DNA of 64,000 nt, taken from contig JAAPAO010000061.1 of the NCBI GenBank assembly GCA_013115145.1, positions 1 to 64,000 on the forward strand. Reading direction: 5' to 3'. Below the pieces are notes generated by a model that was not told the DNA's origin, ran no database searches, and saw only the letters and a list, made by a program, of their open reading frames with translations. Shown here piece after piece: positions 20,499-30,461 of this stretch (the stretch's first letter is position 1; each line of letters starts with the position of its first letter). This stretch comes from Perkinsus chesapeaki ATCC PRA-425 (lineage: Eukaryota; Protista; Perkinsozoa). A program made the position numbers and the translations under genes.

Positions 20499-23400
20499 AT
20501 GTCTCCACAGTCCTCGAGTTATCAGATACAGGTAGTAGTTCTGTTGATTTCGCAGGAGAATACGGTATGACATTAGGTTGCTGTAAGAATTAGACCGCCC
20601 AATTTACGAGAAGAGAAAGCAGGAGAACTGACAGTGGTGAAGGTGAAGAACTCCACCACTGTGAAGACGGTGGACGTTCATGGGAGAGCATCCACGTATC
20701 AAGTCGACTATGTCATCGATGACTCAGAGAAGTTATTGGCGAAAGGTCCTTGAGCTCTCTGGGCGAGCCGAGGCAAGACGACTACCTGTCATCAGGCTCA
20801 CGTGATGTCCGTCAGCAGTGCCTTTTCGATCACACTGCTGCCCCTTTGCTTGGTGCTGTTGTTGAAGGATATTCGGCCTGTCTGCTTGCGTAGGAGTCAG
20901 TGACTCATTATCGATTATAGACTATTTTTAAGGTACGGTCAGAGTGGTTCGGGGAAGACCTATACGTTATTGGGTGCGGGGGCAGCCGAGACAGGACCGG
21001 GCTTGGACGTTCCTGGGGTTATACCGCGAGCAGCGTCAGGTGAGGTGGGCAGGGTAGTTCGAGGCTTCGGGGCCTCTTTCGAGGGGAAGAGGGATGCATC
21101 TAGCTAAACCAGATATCTTAGTATAAAATATGCTTCCAATGGGGAGATGTGACAGAAAGTTTTATAGGGAACACTTCCTCGGAGAAAGGGAAAACGCTAT
21201 GCGCATCATTTCTGCGAAAATTTGATGATTTCCTATTTGTGTTCTCCTCCCCGTTCGTAATGAAAAATAAGCCTCAATATTTTTCCAACTTAGGGAGCAT
21301 TATTAAAGCTCTGAAGGGTTCCTCTGTCGTCACTGGTTCCCTTTCAGAGTTATTCCGCTTATTGCAGTGCAGCCGAGCTACGCGCTTTGAAGTGTGTTTC
21401 TCGTATTTGGAGATTTTCCACGACCATTTGGAGGACCTGCTGGCGCCCCGACAGGAAGGTGGTAGTGGGTACCACCGTAAGCGCCTTATGGACGTGCATA
21501 TGCATCCCACTATTGGCGTCTATGTCTCTGGGCTAACACTGAAGCCGATTGAATCTCCGACAGAGGTGAGTTACGACGGAAACACCGTTATTTTTTGTAC
21601 CCATATTTTTCCGCCTGGAATGAAACGGTTAATCGATTTAGATTTGCGTTCCCATAGCGTATCAAGCGCAATTATGTTACCAGGCTTCGGAAGGTTGCGA
21701 TCAACACTGAAGTCGTTGAAAACGAAAATTTTCCAGATCGCGGGGGAGGGATGTAGTTGTGGACTGCGATTCGCAGTCTGCGAATAGAAATGATGCACAA
21801 CATATCGACATCATCTCTGAAGCTGACCGTTGTAAGCTTTGAAATATCTTGAGCTGCCATCCCCTGGGAAAATGTAAATCTGTAATGTGGCTGCATGTGA
21901 ATGCCGGAATGAGAATGTATCTTGGGCCCATCGCTAGGGTGCGCACTGCGTAGTTTTTCTGATATATTACAGTCTTCGGTTCAAGCTCATCAGTTTCAAG
22001 CTGTGTAACTTCACCGAAGTGAATTGGTTAATAATCTTCATTATCTGGTGCTTGCTGATTAAATCTACCAAGCTGGCCGAGGCCCATTGATAGTGTTAGG
22101 TAACGGCGTTGCTACGATATGGCCTGCAGACGAGGGCTCTGTCGTGTACGTCCCTGAGCGATCGCTCATCCTTCACCCACACTATTGCGACACTCCACGT
22201 ACTTCAGTACCTAGAATCTGATGGGAAAACCGGCGACAAAGGTGTGTGTATTGAGGAGGCTTTGGGGAAGTGGTTTTATCTCAGAGGTGATGTTGAACTC
22301 CAAGCTGCAATTGGTGGATCTGGCTGGTAGCGAGCGAATGCCAGGGTGCACCGAGGCGAAGGGACGGCATACTAGAGAAGTAGGCTGCTGAGTGGTGATG
22401 CAAGGTTGATTGTGTGGAGTAGGGTGTGATGGTGAATAAAGGCCTTCATCAGCTTACATTGTGCATCACCCGACTAGCAGCTAAGGCTGGTCATGTCGCT
22501 CGTGGTCATGGGATAGAGGCAGATAAGATACACGTGCCATATAGGGACTCCAAGCTCACACTGCTGCTCAGAGAGGCTCTTGGAGGAAACACACGTAGGG
22601 ACATAACAAGAAGACTTATACGTATTCCTTTGTAAGCCCATACTCTGGCAGAATTCGTTCGGAAATATCTTTGCTTGATGTGAGCTATTCACATAACAAT
22701 TAGCATTTACGCGCCACTTTGATTCTAAATTTTACGATGCCACTAAGGGCTCTTGTGCAGTCGGGGATGTCTATGTTTTGCACAATGAAATCTCCTCTGA
22801 CACGAGAGTGTTGAAATAATCAACCTATGCCAGCGGGCATAGGCATCCTGGACCTATCATTTCTGCTCCGCATGAAACATGGTTGTTGGCAACAGCTTCG
22901 TGCTCGTCATATCGATCGGCGTCGCTAAGATATTGCACGCATGCGACCGACAGGTTGTGTCGAAACATTGCGCGTGCGTGACGGGGCATCGGGTGTTTCA
23001 CTCTCTTGATCTTTCGTCGATTTCACCACCGCAACGCTCCGCTATGCTTTCAACTCTTACAGTGCTAGCTATCGGCATCTCAGGTACAGTGATGATTGCT
23101 TGCATTGCCCCTACAATGGGCTGCCTTCCCGATACCATATCAACTCTGAAGCTCGTCGAGCGGGCGAGGTCTGTGGGCAATCGTCCGAGCATTTCTAGGA
23201 GGCTGTGTGGCTCTCCTAGCCACCTGGACGAGGTAGCTTAGTGGCCCTCATCCTGGCTACCGAGAACTTCATCTGGAATCTATTTCAATGTCTCTCGAGA
23301 ATTCTATCCTTTTGGCTGCTTCTCGACTGTGCTCTGGGAAGCGTCCATTTTTAGGCAAATTGTATTTTTTGCTTGACAAAACTCATACACTCAGAAACGA

Positions 23401-26400
23401 AAGATATGTGGTTTGCTTAAGTGAAATAGCAGGCTTCTTGGTGGCCTCCCGTGCGCTTTGGCTTGCTCTTTCTGGGAGGTCATTCGACTTGACCTTCATG
23501 TATTTGAGAAGGGATGGTGCGTAGGTACGAGAGCTTTCCAGGAAGATGTCTGAGACAAAGCGGGAAATGCAGAGAGCTTCATCTCGAGGAGGTGGGTACC
23601 ATTTTGTAGTCGCCTGTTGAAGAAAGCGAAGTTAGTGACCGATTGGCGAATCTTGTAGCCTTAAGTACTGAACGAGTTGTATAGGAGAGCGGAGCTTGAG
23701 ACTTGATGAAGTCTGCCGAAGTTTCCCAAACAAACTGGACTAACATATCCCCTCCTGAATCCTTTTTAGAATGCGTTAACATTTGTTTACCAAGTCGCTA
23801 AAGGTTGAACATCTCAAACTGGAGTTGGACATATCAGACACGAGGAATTCAGTGGTATAACATCCATAACAAAACCCAGAACTGTTAAATCTGGATGCCG
23901 AGCGGGAAAGCAGTCATTATTTAGCATTGGTTTTGCACTGTACGTGACATAAACAATGTGCTCAGATTCGGCGCAGCAGGACTCGTGTGATGCGGAACTC
24001 GAGAACACAGAATCGATGTAGGGTGAAGGATTGGCCATCAGGGACGTTGCTGTTTGCAGGCTGCGCTTAATTGGAGCTTCCTTACATGGCAGGTTGCAGG
24101 ACGAACTCCGGAACTCTGCGAGGTGGTAGGAAATAAGGCTGAGGGAAGGAGGTTGTGCTCATTAGTAGCTCAGGGCACAGTAGCTTTCGCACCTTAGTGA
24201 CTCATCTCCGTGAAGGGCGGATGACAAAATTTTATGAACTCTCGTGGCAGATCTCTGAGCTCTGTTTAAACCTCTGTTGTGAAGTATCTTACCAGTTCTG
24301 AGAAAGACAAACAGATGTATTAACGCTGCAGCTCAATAGTGGCATAGGTAGCAGGCCTCGTTGCCTCTACTTGCGCCGAATTTGCTATTGGTTAGACCTG
24401 CCGGTGTAGCAAGGAACATCCGCTTCAGGTCCTCTCCAATTCATTCTAGGAGATCCCCGAACGTTGGCAATGCCTCTAATTTCCCAAGACTCGTGTAAGT
24501 ATTCTCAGCAGCCTGAGTAGTATTGTCGTTTTCAGGAACCTATCGCAGGACCCTGCCGTATCCGGCTCTTTGTCGTAGGTCCTTCAAGCCTGTTGGGCGC
24601 AAAGCCGATGCTTTCAGGTACGAATTGGACCCTTCAACGGCCTCGACCATCGGTTGTGGTTCTATGGACTCTGTGAAGCTCCGAGATGACGCGCTAAGTG
24701 TGAATGGCAATATGTGCGAGCTTGTTGCCGGTGATGAGGCCGGTACAATGAACCTCAAGATCAATAATTGTAGGGCTACTAGCTCTCCAGGGAATTGGTT
24801 ATTATTGCTCAGCGTCGGAGAACCGAGTACTAGTTAATGGCCGACAAGTCGTGGACGATACGGTCGTGCGTGATGGAGACCGGCTGGGCTTCGGTCACTC
24901 GGTTTGCTTCCGACTTGTCATGTCTGAGAAGGTCTCTACCAAGGCAACTGATGCATTGCAGCGGAGAAATGAAACCCATGTACGTTCGCAGTGGACGGTG
25001 GCTTTGAAGTTGCCTTTTAGCACGATCTCGCCGAGGAGCGACGAAACGAAGGTTGCCGCGAATCTCCAGAATACCAGGAAGCTGTCCAATTTGCCGACGA
25101 ACTCAGCGAGAGGATAGGCCGCACGCGGGCACAGGAATTCCTCAGCAACTTCTCGCGCGCCCTGCCTCTTGTTGCGGAGGCGAATGCTTTAACGTAGCTG
25201 ACGATAACGAAGGGATTTCGGTTATTCTTGTCGCAGTTGTGCACTACGGCCTCATGACCGGATACGATTCTCTTTGGAAGTCGTGGTGGACGTTCTGACC
25301 TTCGGAAGTGTTGTTCCTGAATTGGTGGTAAGCACTGAAATTAACCAATGGGAGAATTGAAATATACAGTGGCTTGTTACTAGCCTAGCTCTCTTTTAGG
25401 TTCGAGTTTGGGCTCCGATTGATAACGCTGACCGTTGGGCAAACGATCCGAATCAAACTCGCACTGCAGGTAAGAAACTGTGTACGGGTACAGACGAGGC
25501 GATCAGCCATTGAAAAATAGCGAGTGCAATGTAGAAGCTCGTGAAACAGAGTATAGTCTGCCTTATGCAACTCCCCAGGCTAAGACGTGTCATTGTGGGG
25601 TAGGTACCGAGAAGTGGGACATCGCGAGGCAGTCCATGAAAGATGCCCGAGTTCGGTCAGCATTCGGTCTTGATGCGAACATGGGTGGGAGTCAATTGGA
25701 ACATGCAATAGAGATATGCGAGGTGGTTTGGGTGTTGTTGTACTTTAGCGGCATGAGATGGTAAATGAAATTTCCAGCGTCAGTTTGGCCGAGTGGTCTA
25801 AGGCGCCAGACTCAAGTTCTGGTGGAGAGATCCGCGTGGGTTCGAACCCCACAGCTGACATTTTCTTCATTTTTCTCAGCTACCAGTTTTTATGCAAAAG
25901 CTTCGCCTTTTACGAGAACTTTACGACCGGACAACCCGAAGAAGCTCGTTCGCCGCACCCGATTTGACCACGATTGAGAACAACGTGTGGTCAGCTATTA
26001 CATGCTATGATGTGAGCAGCAGCTCCCTCGGAGGCCCAGTTAGCTCTTGGTCGCAGGTCCGCGCCGCCATTGCTGATTTGAACTGCGAGCTTGCTGACAC
26101 CACGGCGGGGAGCCAGCGTCGAGCGGACGAAACGGAGCGTTTGCGGAAGGAGATTGCGGATATGCGCGCTGAGGTTGCGAGAGCACGACAATTGTGCGAG
26201 AAGATTGTAAGGCGGTCGGTCCGCTAAAGAACAAAGGAAGGTGGCTCCTATTATGCAGGCATCACATGAAGCTACTATCGTTGAGCTGACCGCGAAGGCA
26301 TCGAAACTCGAACGCACAGAGCACGAACTTCAGATGGCTGAGCTAGAGCTGCAAGCCACGAAGTACTATTGGTCCGTCGGCCGCTGATGTTCCGCACTGT

Positions 26401-26711
26401 TTACCGTTGGTAGAAACGAACTGGATCAAGCTAAGATTCGGCTTGCTGGGACAGTCGGAGAGAACAGTGGTGTCGAGCCATCATCTCAAGAGGTCATCAG
26501 CAACCTTGAGCTTCGGCTGGACCTTAGCGGTATCCCTTGATGTCCTTTCTTTGTCCTGGATGTTCCCTTGTCAGCCTCGGAGAGGAACACAGCCATTAGG
26601 TTTGCCAAGGAGCTGCAGAGGGAACTATCGGAGGTGGCGGTCGCCTTGGGAGATGACCAGAAGCGAATTGACCGGATTAGAGGTCGGCTTCTCGATCATT
26701 CCAGCAGTTGA
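20499..26711 (+). CDS. Kinesin-3-like protein (motor + FHA-like + coiled coil), many exons
   Basis: IQ|VAVRIRP; P-loop YGQSGSGKTYT (~20934-20966); SYLEIF; LVDLAGSER; VPYRDSKLTLLLREALGGN; TVMIACIAP; FHA-like DGDRLGFGHSVCFRL; LPLVAEANA; C-terminal coiled coils. The stop at 26711 is tentative. Confidence 0.88.
25779..25860 (+). tRNA. trnL: tRNA-Leu(CAA), copy 1, inside a kinesin intron
   Basis: GTCAGTTTGGCCGAGTGGTCTAAGGCGCCAGACTCAAGTTCTGGTGGAGAGATCCGCGTGGGTTCGAACCCCACAGCTGACA. Anticodon arm CCAGA-CTCAAGT-TCTGG, long variable arm. Confidence 0.97.
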
Positions 26712-26814
26712 ACGAGCGCTTCAGCGTGTTCCATGCCTTAACTCTGCTGTGCTGAGGTGTTACCAGTTGCGTTAGAGTATTTAACCGGTGTCATTTCACG
26801 TGATAGTCCCGCTC

Positions 26815-27376
26815 ATGGAAGCTAGCCCGCGAGATAGACAAGAGCCTAGCCTTCAAGGAGGCGATAGAGTTGATGCGGTTCTGCCTTCTTGGTTCCGCTC
26901 TGTAAGAGCAACAGCTCAAGCGTATGAGATCACTGAGGACGAAGTGGACCAAGTAAGGCTTACATGGTATACGTTATATCTTAATCTTCTATTTCGTCAT
27001 TGTTCCCCGAATCGGCAATGCCGACGGTTGTCCGATGATGCTAGCTCTGACCGCATACAGTAATTCTTGCCAGGTTTTCACGATGCTGGACGCCGACGAT
27101 AATGGCTCGATATCCTCGTCCGAAGTAGTCCACTGCCTCGGCCACCACGTCTACACCAGCTTGAGAACTGAAAGCATGTTTCGATCATAGGTGGCAGAGT
27201 TGATGCGGATGCTCGGTCTCAGTGAGGAGGACGCGACGGTCGAAAGGTTCATGGCTGACGTTGCTGATTTGGGCGGCATGACTCGGCGAGATTTCCATGC
27301 CTTGATGACTAGGAAAGTCTCACCAACACGCATAGGAGCCAGTTCGAGAAAGGATCTAGTAGGTTTGGAGAAGTGA
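26815..27376 (+). CDS. Calmodulin-lobe-like EF-hand protein
   Basis: Spliced EITEDEVDQ|VFTMLDADDNGSISSSE|VAELMRMLGLSEEDATVERFMADVADLGGMTRRDFHALMTRK parallels the calmodulin N-lobe; the second loop is degenerate. Confidence 0.7.
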
Positions 27377-28268
27377 ACCCTTATCAGTTGAACTCCTTAA
27401 GTGGATCACTCCAATTACTCAGAGCGATGGGATCGATCTGCAGTTGATTGCAACTTCAATAGTAGGTCAGAGCTGGTCGAAAATGTTGACTTCACTTATG
27501 AACGGCCTCAGTCCCCAAGGTCTTTACTTGTTTAGAGGGAGCTTAGACCTAATGGCAATCTGCAGCACTCTCCTCAATATATAAGGATTTTTCTTGCCTC
27601 ATTAACCTCGTGCTGCTCCCTATGCATCTAGTGGGGCTCATCTACGGACTTTCGTACTTGTTGTTCTTGATGCGTGTGAACTGTGTTGGGAATATAGAGG
27701 GACGGTCAAAAAATAAATAGTGACTTCATACTAGTGGGAAATACGAGGCAAAAGTCTATCGGTACCACATGGTCTTGTTCAAGGCTTGACACATAGCATG
27801 GCGTGTCTTAAGTTAGGATGCTTCCGAATTCTCAGTGGGTCCGCTCAATCAGAAGATCTACACCGTATAGAGAGTAGGTTGGCATGGTGAGTGTAAGGCT
27901 GAACTCCTTCTATTAGGAAGTCGGATCGAGGAATGTCTTCGAGAACACTGTCTCTCTGAAGGACCAGGCGAAACGGCTGACATTGCAGCTGTAAGCTGAG
28001 ACGCCAGACTGCGGGGATCTGGTGCGGTTGTTGGTAGGTTCTAGATGGCATGCCTTTCGTGACGCAGGCAGACGGAAAAGAGACTCTTGATTTCAACGCG
28101 TAGCAGTTGCTGCTATACGCCACCGCAGAAGAGCATCTCTCAGCTACGTCATGAGCATGGCTGACGAGTGAGCTCCCAGGAGACTCTATGCCTCTACTGA
28201 GTAGAATGCTAGGCGGCGCGCCTCATAGTAGGAGCCACGTAGAAGCCTCGGTGTAAAATCGCTCAAGC

Positions 28269-30335
28269 ATGAAACCTCTCTTGTATCTCATCGCTATAAG
28301 CATTGTGTTCACTCTCTCACCAGGGGTTCCCAATTCGTTGGAAAATAGTAATTTTGATATGGCTATGCAGCAGCACTTCCCAAGGTTGAAGATGAGCACC
28401 GGTCAGGCCATGGGCTCTCTAACCTATCGAGTGGCCAACGCTCCGACAGTAGATAACCTGCTCTTTCATCTCAGCAACGAACCAATGGACCGTGTCCTGA
28501 TGCCTAAGGTGCTCAACGCTGCACTCAGTAGAGTGGCGAAGCTCGCAACAGTTCCTCATCGCGGCGAGAACGGCAGTATCGTATTCGACAAAGTTATCAG
28601 TATTATATTGAAAGGCGTCAAGTGTCGACAGTGGGACAATAGAAATCTTGCTGGGGCCTTCTGGGCTGTGGCCAAGTTCCACACCGAGACCACTGAGACG
28701 CCGCTGCCGTCTGAACGGGTGGTCGAGCTCTTCGAGGCACTGGCGCCCTACGTAAAGCAAGACGCCTGCACCGCTGTTGATGTCTCCAATATCCTTTGGG
28801 CCCTAGGGACTTTCCAACTAGCGATGAGCCAAGATTTTCGATATTCCTCCTTGGTCGAGGATTTGGCTGCCTCCTTGTGTGTTGCGTGGTGTAAGGTGCT
28901 TGCGTCTTCGGAGCCTGGCAGTCGAGCCGTGAGCACTACAGCCTGGGGAGCTGTTACTGTCCTTGCGGACCATCGCCTGTCGGACGCCCTTAATTTGCTG
29001 AAGAGCACGCTGAGTCATGCTATACCAAGACTGGATACTTTTAAACCTCCGGAGATTGCCATGCTTCTCCACATGGTTGTGCGATGCCGGGACGCGCAGA
29101 ATCTACCTGAGGTGCGACCATTTATCGACGAGTGCTGCCGCGCTGTCAACCCGAGCCAGTGGGAGCCTCGAGAAATATCTATCGCTTGTCGCAGCGCGTC
29201 CAAGTTCGCATTTCCGCCCTCCAAGCTGCTGTGGAAATTCTCGGAATACCTGATCTCGAGTGACGTGCTGACGAAGATGGTTCCGGCGCAGTTCAGCATC
29301 ACCGTCAACGGTATCCTTGTGGGCTTGGCGTCGGCCTCCTACATGGGGGACCTCAGCAAGTTCATCGAGAAGGCTCGATCTTACCTGAAGGAAGCCAATG
29401 GCCTTCCGCTTAAATTCGGCGGCTTGACCGAGGCTCAGGAACTTATGGCTGTCCACGCTATCCTATACGGCGGTGAATGCCGGCTGACAGAGTCCGAGGC
29501 GAAATTCGTTCGAGGCTGCGCCCGCCAAGCAATCAGCGGGTCAGTGGCATTCGAACCAAACGCGCTGAATCGCTTGCTGTATGTTATGGCCAGTATCGCT
29601 CATATTGAAGGGGAAGTGGATCTGGCGATAGAGCTGTTCAAGCATGCATACGACAGAAGTGGCGAGTTCGACGAAGTTTCTGTTGCGGGATTCTGCAGCT
29701 CGCTCGCGATGCTAGCCGATCCCAGCAAGTTCACGTCCACCCAACTGCCATTGGTTGAAGAACTTGTTTCGAAGGCCCTCGGCATCGCCGAGAGTTGGCG
29801 GAAACCCGACCATGAGAGAGCCGGCACTGCCAAACTTATGAACTGGTTTTTACTTGGTGCCAAATACGAATGGAATATCCCACTGTCCAGCTCGCTAGAA
29901 GGGCTGCTTGCGGAGACTGCTCAGCACTGCCATGGGAGGCATTTAGGCATTCAGTCCTCTGCGATCCAGAAAAGCGGACATAAAGGAATTCAAGACGCCG
30001 TGCGCGGCTGTGGTGCCAAGTTGAAGATCGTTGACGAGTGGCAGTGCCCGAAAACTGGCTGGTACATTGACGCGGCTATCATCGGAGCTGAGGGTGAGGC
30101 AGTGATGCTGATCGAATGTCAAGGCAGAGTCCACTCACAAAGTCCATATTTGCACGCTGACAAATTGAGGCTTAGGATCCTCCAGTCCATATATGGCGAA
30201 AAGAGAGTCGTGGAAGCGGGCGCTAGTGGACTCAGACTCGGTGACTTCGCCCAGCGTTCGCGAGATCAAGTCCGCGCGGCCCTTGCTAGCTTAGGTGTGA
30301 TTGGAGATGATAGTGAGGTTGTTTCTGACATGTAG
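28269..30335 (+). CDS. Helical-repeat (OPR/HPR-like) protein with C-terminal RAP domain, intronless
   Basis: 688 aa. Repeats such as DNRNLAGAFWAVAKF, TAVDVSNILWALGT, FKPPEIAMLL, WEPREISIACRSASKF. RAP-like WYIDAAII...MLIECQGRVH...DKLRLRILQS. Confidence 0.8.
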   Translation: MKPLLYLIAISIVFTLSPGVPNSLENSNFDMAMQQHFPRLKMSTGQAMGSLTYRVANAPTVDNLLFHLSNEPMDRVLMPKVLNAALSRVAKLATVPHRGENGSIVFDKVISIILKGVKCRQWDNRNLAGAFWAVAKFHTETTETPLPSERVVELFEALAPYVKQDACTAVDVSNILWALGTFQLAMSQDFRYSSLVEDLAASLCVAWCKVLASSEPGSRAVSTTAWGAVTVLADHRLSDALNLLKSTLSHAIPRLDTFKPPEIAMLLHMVVRCRDAQNLPEVRPFIDECCRAVNPSQWEPREISIACRSASKFAFPPSKLLWKFSEYLISSDVLTKMVPAQFSITVNGILVGLASASYMGDLSKFIEKARSYLKEANGLPLKFGGLTEAQELMAVHAILYGGECRLTESEAKFVRGCARQAISGSVAFEPNALNRLLYVMASIAHIEGEVDLAIELFKHAYDRSGEFDEVSVAGFCSSLAMLADPSKFTSTQLPLVEELVSKALGIAESWRKPDHERAGTAKLMNWFLLGAKYEWNIPLSSSLEGLLAETAQHCHGRHLGIQSSAIQKSGHKGIQDAVRGCGAKLKIVDEWQCPKTGWYIDAAIIGAEGEAVMLIECQGRVHSQSPYLHADKLRLRILQSIYGEKRVVEAGASGLRLGDFAQRSRDQVRAALASLGVIGDDSEVVSDM

Positions 30336-30461
30336 CTTTCAATGGTTTCTGATTGTTCCGCGTTTTTGCGTTCAGTACTCGTCACAAGGGGCCCACGGTC
30401 GCGTCTTATTTCCGGCGTTACATGCCACGTTCAGTAACAGCATTGGTGAAGCAAGGTTTCT

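Noticed and set aside
21789-21830. ATGATG...CTGA in a long kinesin intron as a C/D snoRNA
   Set aside because: Box C is imperfect, the C-D distance is too short and no terminal stem or guide was identified.
28261-28267. GCTCAAG just before the RAP ATG as a relict spliced leader
   Set aside because: Only 7 nt match the leader 3' end as I recall it (...TTGGCTCAAG), and the same 7-mer occurs several times elsewhere in the window (e.g. near 3173, 3707, 26915, 54579).
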